Positions 40,003 through 52,598 are shown, numbered from the whole stretch's first letter. The stretch is 63,580 bases of DNA, filler included, from Phoronis australis (GCA_002633005.1; 5 parts of 5 records of this genome joined end to end with filler, not necessarily neighbours in it); one strand, 5' to 3'. Numbers and translations are program-made. Notes: a model not told the origin generated them from the sequence alone.

Positions 40003-40540
40003 CTAAAAGAGATGAGGGCAGCTATGGTATATGGAATTTCCAACACTGAGAAGCAGAAGAGAAACTTGTATCGGGGGGGGGGGGGATTTATTAACATTAT
40101 ATGACAGTATCTTCTTGGAGGAGTTTCAGGGTGCCCAAGGGAACAGGTTGGTCCCCACTGAGTGTACGACCAAAAAGGCATTTAATATTTACAGGCTTTT
40201 ATGACAATAGTGAAATGTCCTTCAGTGATATCCAGACTTCTCCTAGGGATATCCATATTTTTGGATTGATGTTAACAGCTCAAGTTTAATTCAGAGTGAA
40301 CTCAGGTGGATTTAACAGTCAAGCGTCGAATAGTTGCTACAGTCAGAACACTCAACTACAGTGACGTGTCAATCAAAGTTATTGGCAGGGTTCACTGCTG
40401 TGACAATGGTGAAAGTTCTATTACACCACCCTAAGATAACTTCAATGGCGGTAGCCTGACCTAGTGATAACTGCGATGACTTAACTACCAAAGATAATGG
40501 GAAATCCAAGATAACTGTTTGCAGCTTACATCAACGGTGA

Positions 40541-40724
40541 GGAGGCAGTGTGGCCTAGTGCGATAGGTGCCTGCCTACTTTACTTGAGGTCGTGGGTTCG
40601 AGTCTTAACTATATATTAATAAAGCATAAAAATGGTTCCATGTGATCAGTGCGATGGGCCCACATGCGTGGCCTGCACATGTCTGGTACAACATGTACCA
40701 GACTGCCAGCAATTAATTCTTTTA
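40541..40724 (+). mobile_element. tRNA-derived SINE with LINE-like 3' tail
   Basis: Pol III A box TGGCCTAGTG (40551-60) and B box GGTTCGAGTC (40595-604); tail 40649-40712 resembles the LINE 3' end at 28416-28485. Confidence 0.75.
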
Positions 40725-43700
40725 TACGCTAACAGTTCACTAATGCTGGATTTAACTTAGTGGGAAGAAGCTCAAAACCACACTGGGCTTGAGGTCCAAC
40801 CTCCGTACTGCAACTCCTAACTCTCCTTTAAGAGTCAACTATCTTTAGCTTAATGCTTCAGAACACAAAGGCATTTTTGGTTGATCGCAACAGATTTTTA
40901 TAGGGATTCATAACAATTTCTATGAGTTCACGTGGTGTGACATAAATGGTTCATAAAATTCATGTTAAATGTTAATATAATTTTTCATGCAATGTCTATC
41001 ATCGATCGTGATAATTTATCATTGAGCAATCATGATAAACGACCAAAAGAGCTTTTCAATGAATGATGCTATGAATGATGTGAATTCACATCAACCAAAA
41101 TGGAGGTGTATATTATCACTATGGAAACCAGTACATGAATTGAATAATTACTAGACTGCACCTATTGACCTAAGTTTGCACCAGTTGACCTCTGGATTCG
41201 AGCTACAAATCGAGCATCAAACAGCCACTTGATTACGAATAATTGATTCGAAAAGTAGCATACTAAATGCATCATTCATGACTAAATTAAAGTTAACTGA
41301 TTTCTGTTGAAGGGTTCCCATTTACACGCCCACTTAACTAAGTAGGTAGCAATAAAGCTCACAACAATTCAAGATCAGTGACTGACAAATAATACCACCA
41401 ACCTCAGGCAGATGGCACTTTGAAGCTCAAGAACAGCGGGTACCTATCAGATGATTGCCTGGCCTTTCATTGGGTCATAAAGTATTCAACAGGAAAATCG
41501 GATTCCATTAAATCAACCAGAGCAGACCCCATCGTTTAACGACACCCAGGTGGCGCAAACTACTGCTGAGGCGACTCATAAAATAATTCGACATTATCAA
41601 TGTCAAAAACACAATAAGGAAACAGGTTCCAGGTGTTTAATAGATTAATAATTAATTAAATAAAAACAACAACATCAAAGTTGTGTGGCTACCTCTAGTT
41701 TTCACAGCAACTGCGCTCTTTTTAATAGATCTAATGGACAGTATATTGCGACTATTGTCTAAAAGCATTATAAGAGACTTATTGATATACAAGATGACAA
41801 TTAACACAGGACCCTGAAGAGAATGAGAGCACAGAACAAAATTTCACAGTTGAATTTCCAATCACGACCTCATAATTTCGGATATGTCCGAAAATTTGCT
41901 CATGCCGTCCCATCCATGAAAGGAACATATCTGCTACAAATTTCATGAACATAGTTTTACATCAAGGGGTTTTTTTGGAGATACACCAGCGGATGCCAGA
42001 CGAATGCCGGATGGACAGACAGACAGAGATGACGGCGTAATGCGCATAATAAAAAAGTGATATGAGGAACCCCTTAAATAATCCTAGCATAGTATAGGTT
42101 AGCACGTTCACGGTCTATTGCAATCGCCTATCAAAAGAATTCAGACAAAATGACGCGAAATTCTTTGTCATGCCAGCTACACAGCAGTTGGATTCATCAT
42201 TGGAGTTGGCACCCCTCAAAAAAGCATTGTGGGTATTCTTTAATTAGAACTGAGCCACCCTCATTGTTATTAACGGTCTTTTTATTGTTGACAGAATTAA
42301 CCGTCATGATGAGGGAAGCCATCGTCATGACGACGGAAGCCATCGTCAGATCCCTTTTGTATTGTATGTATACGAGTAGGCTATTATATAAAGAATACTT
42401 CAACCGATTTACAAATTAATTCGGCTTTTAATTGGTTAATTTGAAATGCTCCAAAAGCTTGATGTTCGCCGCAGTGACAAACTGAACCATGACCACATAT
42501 TCATGATACAGCCAGTAACGTAGTAATTACTTACAGCAAAGTGCTGTTAAGCAGATAATACACTGTCTATTTACGCTGAGGGACGTCACGTGGCATTGTC
42601 CTGTCTCCATTTTCCCCGTCGTGATAAACGAACAGTGAATGGAGATGAAAGCATGTTACAGCCGTAATGTCATACCAATTAATTTCCCCGGCTGAACGCA
42701 TGAATTGTGGAAAACAAAAAAGACTAATGCTAATAGAAATTCTCTACCTAACAACAGGCCAATGCCAATTACACAGATAAGAAAAAAACAAGTATCATGA
42801 GGGAAAATAGCATTAGTTGATCTTGAATTAATAATATCTTCACAGTATTCATCTGGAGAAAATTGTAACTACAGCAATTACTGTAGATGGAGCACAGCAC
42901 TCCACCTGTTGGTCAACATATGTGTAGCAGTTGATATTATGACGGATCATATTGACAAGTCACAGTATATTCAGCCGAATATCTGCACCATTTAATTCAG
43001 TAACAATACATAATTTCTGAAAGTAGAAGGCCTGTAGAATTTGACATTTTGACCTTTTACCAATCTGGCATTTATTGGGTCACATGACAGTCTTTTAAAA
43101 CAATACAGGAAAAAAGATAGATACGTTGATAGCAAAACAACGGAACCAACAGCACGACCAAATTCTTTTTGATATAAATCTCCAAGATAAAATCTGAGCA
43201 ACGCTATTAAAATTATCCAAATTCATTTTCATTTTATGCGACTTTTGAATTATTTTCATAAAGGCTGTAAAAGTCATCTTTTTGATAGCCCTCATGCAAA
43301 ACTGGAACAGTTCAAAAACAATCCCCAACAGCACTTTAGAGGGGAGTGGATAAAGCATGATAGTATCTGTAAGATTCATATGAACCCGATCGGCCACTTC
43401 TCAGATATGATATTCCGAAGTTAGCCAAATTCGGACATTTTTCTAGGGTCGTACATAACCTTAAGCCCTGTTCTGCAACAGCTGCATAGTACAACATTTG
43501 GACCCGGCCTGCCACTCAGTCTCTGTATGATGTACACGGAAATGAGTATTAGATCAGGGAGTGTAGCGAATGTGACATGGAATGCCAGAGATGTGCCCGT
43601 CCTGGGCAATCCCAGGCTGTTGAGAAAGCAACTTAAGTGCCTGGGTTACATACCAGCGTTATCACCGACAATTACACTTAGCAAAAGACAGGAAATAGAA

Positions 43701-44259
43701 TGGCCACTAACCGTTAAAACGTAATAGGCCAGGCATATCATTATGGCAGTCCACTTCAGTGGCAAATGATTGTAAGTGAAAATAATTATAACGGTATGTA
43801 AAACGATCCAATATAACACAATTCCATAACATGCTTTTCGTCATTTTAGAACCTCTTTCTCACTGTTTCACAACTGATAACGGCATTTTAGTAATTTACA
43901 TTGTTTAATTACACTTGTATTAATACTACACTTACTTATACTAAGATCTACAGTCACTGCTGTTTATTTCTAATATGTAAATAGTGAAATGCGCGTGTTG
44001 CCAACTACACACGAGTCAGACTTCCTCCGTACCACCACAATCTCAGAGCATTAACACATAAATTTAAAATAGCACTGTAACCATAACTCCATGATTTTCG
44101 AGCTTTCAAAGGTTAGGCACTTCAACCGTATTTCTATGAATTCAGACATCAACACGACTATAGGAACCCACGACAAGCGTATACCTATGTGACCTCTCAA
44201 TCAGCTACAAACTCCATTCATACTTCCGTGATCTCCGAGTTAGAGAATTTATTAACACA

Positions 44260-44680
44260 ACCGTCAAGATTCTTGAATGTTAGCACTTTACAGACTTAAA
44301 TCCTATTTCAAGATGAATGCGAATTAACAAGTTACAGACTTTAAGCGTATCTTTAAGATTACTATAATGTTAACTTACAAGTTGCATATATTAACCCTAC
44401 CACCAAGATCACTGAATATTAAAAAGTTGTAAACTTAGTCCTACCTCCAACATCATTGAATGTTAAAAAGTTGCATATTTCAACCCTAGCTCCAAGATCA
44501 ATGGCTGTCAACAAGTTGAATGAAAACTTAATCTTACAACCAAGATCCTAACAAGTTATTGAATTTAAACCCAAATCATACATATTACTTAATGTTAACA
44601 AAGTGAAAGCTTAACCCTACAACCAGGATCGCTTAATGAATTTAACCCCAGCTCCGGGAACACTAAATGTTAAGTCAAGA
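44260..44680. repeat. Degenerate intronic tandem repeat (about 40-55 bp; TTAACCCTACAACCAAGATC core)
   Basis: The core recurs about 8 times with variation. Confidence 0.6.
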
Positions 44681-44693
44681 CTCAAAAACCTAC

Positions 44694-44837
44694 CTCTGTT
44701 ATTTCCGCCTGTGCTGCTGGTACTTTGTCACTTTTACCAGAGAGCTCCAGCTTGGCCTTAGCTTCTCGTTTTTTCGTTAAAGTCTGTTCAGCCTCCTTCC
44801 AGTTTTTATAAGACTTCACTCGTTCGTGGAAAACGGC
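44694..44837 (-). CDS. SNX1/2: Sorting nexin-1/2 BAR domain exon
   Basis: tttag|...|gtagg, 144 nt, phase 0-0. Reads AVFHERVKSYKNWKEAEQTLTKKREAKAKLELSGKSDKVPAAQAEITE and joins in frame to 39850-40002. Confidence 0.93.
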
Positions 44838-45520
44838 CTAAACGGAAAATGTTTCGTAACGAGATCACAATACGATAAACTTATTTCCTGCACAACAATT
44901 TTTTACCGTCAGACACTGGAAAATTAATTAAATCAGGAATGAAGAAACATATTTATGTGTCTGTAGTTTCTGTTAGCTTGTTAAAATTAATTAGCTTCAA
45001 TTACATTTTTAAATGTAATTGAAGCTAATTGAAACCACATGAGTTTCAATGGCCCTAAACGTTTTATTTTTAACAAATGAATGTTTCAATGAGAATATGT
45101 GCATCCATGCCGAGCCCTGCTCTCTACGTGGGCCCTCAGTACCTTCATTACATCACACTCCCTTTCTCTATCACACTTATTACTAAAACTTGAACCCAAG
45201 GAGACAAGAAACAGTGCAATGTTCCCGTCGGCCAGCCTACACAAGACTTGGGATCTGGCCCCACAAATGTGAACCTCAGCATTCCAAAAGACTGTGCTAA
45301 ACTATTTTCACAACGCAGCAAATCATTATTACACTGATCTTCTATTTTTGCTATAGTAAATACATACAACGCGTTATTATGTCAAAAGACAATTATTTTT
45401 GCACTCAAAGGGTTTTTAAATGGAAATCTTATCATTAATTCATCCTTCAACGTATTACCTACTAGGTTTCCTGGACAGTTCTATTCATGTTCTGCCCTGT
45501 TGCAGGCAAAAAAGAATCGC

Positions 45521-45620
45521 NNNNNNNNNNNNNNNNNNNNNNNNNNNNNNNNNNNNNNNNNNNNTTAATTAATTAANNNNNNNNNNNNNNNNNNNNNNNN
45601 NNNNNNNNNNNNNNNNNNNN
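45521..45620. other. Assembly spacer
   Basis: N44-TTAATTAATTAA-N44. Confidence 0.98.
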
Positions 45621-47984
45621 CAACCCCATCTCAGCACATTTCGTATAGACATCACAAAACAATAAAGAAACAATAGCTGAAAAGGTATTACCATATATTT
45701 GACTTCAGCAAGAAATAAATTTTGAATTTACAAAGATATTGTGTGATGAAATTTGAAAAACAAGTAATTTTAATTACACGACATACCTTTCAGACGATCT
45801 ATCAGAAAATTCTTGATTATTTTAGCAGAACCGAACACCTTGTGACGAAAACAGCATCAATCACTTCTTCATCTGAAACAAATTATTAATGCAGTGATCT
45901 ATCCTGCACCTTTACATTTACATTCATTTGTTTGGCTTACTTAAAGCTGCCGACGTCTAAATTTCCATTAACATGAGTTTGAAAGTTTTTAATTTATTCT
46001 GCTAAATTAAATGGTTCACCTAGTTTACAATAAATATGTTGGGAAGGAAACTGTTGCAAATAACGAAATGTGCAATGTTTTACAACTCTAGTTGATGTAT
46101 GTCTGAAAAAGAGGCTCTATGCTGATGGAATAAGGATCAAAATGACTCTATAGTTATCTTATGAAAGAATTAAGTCAAAGTAGCCATTGATTATGACCTC
46201 GCACTCACAAGTTAAAAAAAATAAAATAGCGGAAACCTTACAGGAATGTGTAGAATCTGCGAAAATGTATATGTATATTTCCCATANGCCAAACGTATAC
46301 CATAACTCCCGGTGGGTAGGCGCTATGTTAAACAGCAAAAAGGTAGTTGGCTGCGCCTACATGCACCTACACCCCACTACAGCACTGTCAGACTATTGAC
46401 CAATCGATCCACAGACCCTTTGGACCACTCCATCCCTTGTTGAGTCATTTAAGCAGACATCAAAATTACTAAGAGAATTCAAAGATATTTTTAAGTATTC
46501 TTTCACAACGTCTGGTCTGGTGTATGTGCCCTCCTTTTAATAACAACAGAAAACATGTTTAGTGAATACACATTCTAGGCACTTGGTTAGTTAAGATTTG
46601 TGAACCTGTATATTCTGGCAGCTTAAGACAAAATAACTTCAGAAAATTGTTTTACCCTGGATTTTCCCATTTCAAGTTTGAGATTTGGTTTTCAGTCACT
46701 GATTTCCAAGGGCTCGTTTAAGAGTTAAAAAAGATCTAAGGTTGACACTAGATATCTCACATTGAATCAATGTCAAAACATGTACGAATCACTGTTTCTT
46801 GCTACATTAAGTAAAAACTCACATTTAAAGAACAGGCAAACAACACAGCATATCAATACCTTTGCTCACTAATTGTCCAGGCTTGTTTGAAGTGTAACAT
46901 ATTTTTTAAGGAAAAGTGTTTGGTTGACATTTAGGACTGAACCGGACCAAACCGGCGAAAGTTTTATGAAAGCTTTTACTCAATTGCCTCACGATATGTT
47001 TTAGTGTAAATGCTAGTATGTACGTTTGTTTTTCCAGTATGTACTTCTTGTTAGAATTTGTAATATGTACAGTTATTGCTTATTTATTTGATCGAGGGGT
47101 TCCATCTTAGAGGGACTTTTGTAGTGTTCCAGTCCACAAAATGTACGTTTTTCTTGGGAAAATCGGTACTGAAAGGACATCCATTTGTAAGGAATTCTCT
47201 CAGAAAAGGCACCATTTCGCAGTGAATCTGGAAAATCTTAAGAAGTGCAATTTTTCTCAGAGATATAAAGCATAGAAATATACAACTCTCGGGAATTTTT
47301 AAAGTAAAAGGAATTATTCAGCTCATAATACTATGGGGGTGGTTAGATTTTGAAATATTTTTAGGAGGGATAGATGCAAGTATTAGGCCGTATCTTCTGC
47401 ATTAGAAATAGTTCCTAGGACTCTATTAAAAGCATAATAGCCATCCCCATAATCACCACTCTGTGAATTTGCTATTACTTTAATAATCAAAATATTAAGG
47501 AATTTGAAAGACTTACCATAGACTTAGATCTCGGATGTACTATAGACTTAGATTTCGGATGTACCATCTTCCACACAAACATTCTTGTTTCAGATAAAAC
47601 GAATAAAACTTGTCTCAACTCAAACTGTAAAAGGGATGTTCAACCCCAACTCTATTAACACTAAAATCAAAACCTCAGACGCTTGTTTTAGTGGAAGGTC
47701 AAGTAACTTAATGGTCATTACATAACAGTATGCCAATGTAGGTCACATGTGGCACTCTGTAGCAGGGCACTCATAATAACAGTGACATCTTTTGGTATAT
47801 ATAGGATGTCGTGATGAAACCAAGTTGTTGAGAGAATACACGTGTAGGCACTGTACATGTCAAATAACAGTTTCTGATAGGTCTGAAATTGTGGGGCATT
47901 ATATATACCCCACAATTTTTTGCAACCCCACAGTAAAGGTCTCATATATAAAAATGCCCCGGATGTGTATAGTTCTCTTAGTAT

Positions 47985-48003
47985 ATAAATATATATATGT
48001 ACA

Positions 48004-48045
<42 letters not shown>

Positions 48046-48050
48046 ACATA
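47985..48050. repeat. (TATATG)n microsatellite
   Basis: Direct inspection. Confidence 0.9.
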
Positions 48051-48192
48051 CCCGGTAAAAGCCCCACGAAGGCAGACTAGTTCCTCATACATGGAGCTCT
48101 GGCAAAACAAAAGGCAAACAACCCTGTTTAATGGCCCAGAACTTGTTCTGCTAAACAGCAATGACTTCGTAAATAATGGAATTTTGTTTCAG

Positions 48193-48328
48193 TCATGGCG
48201 GTCATGGTGTCTGTAGAATTTGTTCATGCATGGTACGGCAATGAAAAAACGCTTATTAGCGTGTTCAGTATTGTCGTTGTTCTCCCAATGTGTTTACTAC
48301 GAGACATCAGCAGCTTGAAGTATGTCAG
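48193..48328 (+). CDS. SLC38A7: SLC38A7-like amino-acid transporter, first exon visible (N-terminal exons not found)
   Basis: tttcag|...|gtgaga, phase 1-2. Reads AWYGNEKTLISVFSIVVVLPMCLLRDISSLKYVS (compare SLC38A7 WYTDRKFTIS..ILPLSIPREIGFQKYAS, from memory). Confidence 0.85.
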
Positions 48329-49165
48329 GTGAGACAAAATATTTGCCTTCAATCCGAGGTCCTTTATTGGAGGGGGGAAGGGCAATGTAATGAAAAAAAA
48401 TCAAATATGATGTTTTATTCCAGGTAGGCCTACATGTACTTTAGTTATTCAGACGTACATAATTATAAGGCGGTCAGCATGCTGAGTTCGACAGAATTAC
48501 CAATGTCTGACTGCTTGTTTCGATCTCGGGGGCAATGTTCAGAGAAAAAAAACAAAAAAATAAATGACGGACTTCCGCAGGAATTATACATGGCAGAACC
48601 CTAGTTGCAATGTTTCGCTCTCTTCAGAAAATACGTCGTTGTATTTGACTTGTGCCCGTCTTAGCCAGTTAAAGGAGCATGCCACCCAAAAAACAACCTA
48701 ATTTGTGTCAATTTAGATCGAGTAGGTCTCCTCGATAGCGGCACGTACGGTTGCGTTACCTGACACCTGACGGCAGACGGAGGTGATGAAATTTTCCACT
48801 GACGTCATCGGTTTCACACGCAGTCTGTTCAGCAGTTCACAACATGCGGGGTAACTGGTGTCAGCTTATCGCTTGAATTCATGGTTTAACACCAATAAAT
48901 GATCAAACTCCGATGTAAAACCCTTAAAAATACACCGAGCTCTTCTAAAAACGTGTTGTCTTACTTCACTGTTACGAATTTATTGGTATTTGGACACACC
49001 GTAGCCAACAAATTTCGGCAGTCCAATTTACCAAGGTCCGTATCAGGAGTTCGTGTTCTGTTCGGAGATAAATTCTAAGTATTTTTCCGTGAAATACAGA
49101 CAGTGGGACCTAGATCTGTGTTGTTTAGACTTGTGTTTTTTAGTTCTAAACACAAAAAACGCTTG

Positions 49166-49268
49166 TTATCCCGGCCAGTGGAACCCGATCAGGCCCGTCG
49201 CGGCCGGACTGACACGTTATCCCGGCCAGTGGCTCGGAACCCAATCAGGCCCGTCGCGACCGGACTGA
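49166..49268. repeat. Two-copy GC-rich direct repeat (about 51 bp period) inside the Kolobok element
   Basis: TTATCCCGGCCAGTGG..AACCCRATCAGGCCCGTCGCGRCCGGACTGA occurs twice. Confidence 0.9.
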
Positions 49269-49819
49269 AGACATCACGAACGTTAACCAGCCAAAGTTGA
49301 AAACTAAGCTTGAAGTCAAGAAAATACTATACTAGTGAGCTAAAGAAGTAATGTGCACGTGATTATATTGGTGAAGCCACGAAACTGCAAATCTACTAAG
49401 GCCTACTCGTCGGGGCCGTGAATTCAGGTTCCCGTTTGGCCACAGAACCGCCAGGGCAGAAGTTGTACATTGACAATCTTTATTTGAATAATGTATAAGT
49501 AAATAAAGATTCCCCTAACACCTGGCCGTGGGATGGAATATCGAGTTATTGTTTCACAACAGATTTTGTCAGCAAACACTGAATTAGCTTGCGCTCACAC
49601 GGCCTCGGTGTCCGGTCAAATTAGTTTTATTGCACCTAAAGCCGGTAACGCAGTGATTTATTCATTGCTGGCTTCTCAAATCATTTGCACTCACGAACAC
49701 TCCAAAGGCATTACAAATTGCATCTAATGGGACACACTTTCTTTCAGTTTTATATATAAGTATTGGTTAGGGTGAGAATAATTCATTTTGAAACAGAACG
49801 CTTAGTAATAAACGTCAAC

Positions 49820-50040
49820 ATGGCAACTCGCAATCCCGACTTGGAGGAGTACTCATCTGACGAAGACTTCCCAGGTAGATCGTTAGTTTTCTCAGGATAT
49901 CAGTTCGAACCAGCTAGAGTACACTGATCAAGAAGTATTAGAGAGGCGCCGTGAACGTGCACAAACAATGGAGCACATGGATAGTTCCGAAAACCGTCTC
50001 ATGGTGTCAGTGCGCTAACTGCACCATAATGGAAACAACT
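49820..50040 (+). pseudogene. Frameshifted N-terminus of a KolX / P2X7-intracellular-domain-like Cys-rich protein
   Basis: MATRNPDLEEYSSDEDF..GYQFEP[fs]EYTDQEVLERRRE..[fs]SWCQCANCTIMET; the YxFEP and WCxCxxCxxM motifs are characteristic. Confidence 0.7.
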
Positions 50041-50366
50041 GATCCACGTTTCTTTGCTTCCTGCCTGCCGAACGCAAACACACTAGGCACAGCATCTGAC
50101 TTCAGCCTCGGTTGCTTTTTCTGCCCTGGCATGAGCTGTTTGGCAAGCCGGAATTCGTCACTGAAATCACTGTCCACGAAATGTCGGACACAGACACGGA
50201 GATGTTTCACGGCCTCGTACTTGGTATGAACTCCGTACTTTTCATTTTTCACTGCCGCGAGCCACTTCCGAAGCATTTCGGGCTCTCGGGGAAATCGAAA
50301 AAACGATGTACCCACTTTCCTCGCCGCTTCATAGTTCGAACAGGCAGGAACGACACACCACACCAT
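50007..50366 (-). CDS. Intact THAP-domain-only ORF (119 aa), truncated Kolobok transposase N-terminus
   Basis: gccATGg start. Reads MVWCVVPACSN..SFFRFPRE...RKWL...LRVCVRHF..SDF...RLKSDAVPSVF: a complete C2CH THAP with AVPS box. Confidence 0.85.
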   Translation of the reverse strand: MVWCVVPACSNYEAARKVGTSFFRFPREPEMLRKWLAAVKNEKYGVHTKYEAVKHLRVCVRHFVDSDFSDEFRLAKQLMPGQKKQPRLKSDAVPSVFAFGRQEAKKRGSVVSIMVQLAH

Positions 50367-51300
50367 GGCGGAATTCACTCTGCATACGAACCACTGACGT
50401 CGCTGCGGACTTTCTCACCTTCCTCACAGGTTAACGCGACACCTCTCGGCAAGGTAAGGTCGACCGTGTACGAGCCGATGTGGTCCCAGATCGATTAAGA
50501 CGGTAAATAAGACTAATGAAATCGGGTGGCATTAGCCTTTAAGACGTCTTGGTAGAGATCTTCTGCAACGAGGTTGGGAACCGGGAAACACCTCGTGCAT
50601 GCGACTACTAGCGCCCCTTATCGCTAAATGTGTTCCAGTTGCGCTAAGGGTGGGCGAAGCGGCCTCAAAGGCATTTTTGTTCTCTGAATAGTTGGACTTC
50701 TTGTAAATCAGTGCGTATTTTATTCAGTGTTATTAAAACCTTAAGATTGTCCTCTAATACTCCAGTTTTCTTTTACATGTAGATAATTATTTCGGATACT
50801 AAATTATAATATGAACCATTAAAAAACTGTCATTAAATATCCAAAATTTTTGAACGCTTGAACATGAGAACGTGAATCGACAAAAGTCACTTCAGTTTAG
50901 GAAACAATTCACATGTGTAGCGGACAATTAAATTTCAAACGTTAAGAAATTTTACTCGGTTACTATCATGGCTTGTACAATATGGTTATCATCAAATAAC
51001 ACAAACAATATCACAGTAATTTTTTAGCATTTGTAAGACTGTAGGTACTGCAGCCACTAGGAAGTGACAGTTTGACAGCTGTTGTTGTCCGAAATTAACC
51101 AATTTTAAACGTTTTTCATTCTCATTGATAATCATCTGACCAAATAATTTAAAGTTTGAAAGTAAACATAAAATAAATATGTTTTAGGACCCCAGCTGGT
51201 TAACTGGGCGAAAATGTCCCTTGTGACTGTTTACATCAGTGGCCTTTGCACCAGTAATGGAATCAAGGTACTATTTATTATTCATTTTTTATATTTCCAG

Positions 51301-51448
51301 CGCGTTTGGAGTATTTGTGACACTGTACATCGCAGGTCTCGTGGTTGTTAAGTTTTTTATTCACATACCCGCAAATCTGAATCTGAACGATGACGCCACA
51401 TGGGAAGACGCGTTTCTCTTAGTGCCGGTTATATCAGTCGGGTACTTG
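51301..51448 (+). CDS. SLC38A7: SLC38A7-like exon
   Basis: ttccag|...|gtaggt, phase 2-0. Reads AFGVFVTLYIAGLVVVKFF...TWEDAFLLVPVISVGYL. Confidence 0.88.
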
Positions 51449-52598
51449 GTAGGTCTCCGTTATTAATTTTTGAATGTGACTAGTGTTTCATCTCCATTAA
51501 CCAAACAAGCCTCCTTATTAAGAATACTCTTTATCAAGAATACATCTCGTTTTTAGCTAGTAGAGTATTTACTTTCACATGCACAACATTGTCTTATTAC
51601 TAAAACATTCCTTTTTTCTTGAACCGCATTTCCTTTGACGTGTGGTATGAGTAAAATCACGTGTGACAATTTAACTTTTTAATCTTTTGTACAGTAAAGA
51701 CAATTTAGAAGCCTTAAGAAACTAAACCGTCTTTTGATGATTTCAACCAAAAGTCATTCTGTTACCTGCTAATACATCCTTGGCGTCAATCATCCAAATT
51801 AAAGGCAGGAATCAACTAAAACTAAACACTCCCACCCTTGTCTCACAAATTAAACATTATGGTCTTAGGTGGGTGGTCTTTTTTCGCTAAAAACGTAGGT
51901 CACGCTTGTCCGTTTGGCAGACTTTGAAAGGAGTTTTTAAATTTTCCTCAAATCGTTTGAGGGTTGTGGAAGGTTACAGAGCGTTATTTTGTTTCAGAGA
52001 ACTGGATAGGAAAGTCGTTTTTGTATATGTTAATACGTCAAGACTGGGTTTGGAAAAATTATTTTAACATTAGCATGTAGCTCGACGAATTTGCGATTAG
52101 TGAAAGTCGGGTAACGAACGTGACCAAAATGGGCACAGAAATTTTCATTGTTGGACATACTCAACAATCTGCTCTCACTATAACATTTTTGGATTGAAAT
52201 ACAGCTTTAAAGTGTAGATTGCATTGAAAGTTCAAAATTGGTAAAACATGTTGCTTTTTAAATACCTTGTGTCATGTAACTGTTATTGATATGTATTCAC
52301 AATTAAACACTGCCAATGTTTAGAAAAAATTGGCCTGATGTTGAAAGAAGATTTGCGAATTTTTTTTCTTATTATTTTTGTTAAAATTTCGGTCTGTTAA
52401 GTTTTCAACCAAAACAAGCGGAGAGAGTATCTTAAATATTTATTACTAGGCTACCATAGTGTTTCGTATAGTTTTGAGGTTTTTATGACATCGTCTCTGA
52501 AACTCGTCGACTCTTTCTCAGTGTTGTTTTTGTTTCTCATCCTTGTGCTTATTCATTGCAACTGTATTCCTAACATTTCGTTACCTTTTCTATTTTAG

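Larger units (their letters stand above)
48673..50538 (-). mobile_element. Non-autonomous Kolobok-like transposon, family A, intronic in the SLC38A7-like gene
   Basis: TTAA TSDs (48669-72, 50539-42); TIRs AGGAGCATGCCACCC / GGGTGGCATTAGCCT; convergent THAP (minus) and Cys-rich KolX-like (plus) N-termini fused near 50040. Confidence 0.92.

Noticed and set aside
39658-40181. ORF-track proteins overlapping the SNX exon
   Set aside because: Antisense or off-frame shadows of the true exon at 39850-40002.
40541-40610. Functional tRNA gene
   Set aside because: No acceptor stem, and it is followed by a LINE-like tail; treated as a SINE. The 58601-58668 fragment also lacks an acceptor stem.
42150-43420. 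Possible Gypsy or Tx1 relics
   Set aside because: Only vague motif resemblance; not supportable without a search.
47718-48161. ORFs with YTYTYT / MYMYMY runs (also 28774-28977 and 59100-59282)
   Set aside because: Translations of microsatellites.
49260-49290. Hammerhead-like core CTGAAGA..GAA
   Set aside because: Stem II does not pair and GAAA is incomplete.
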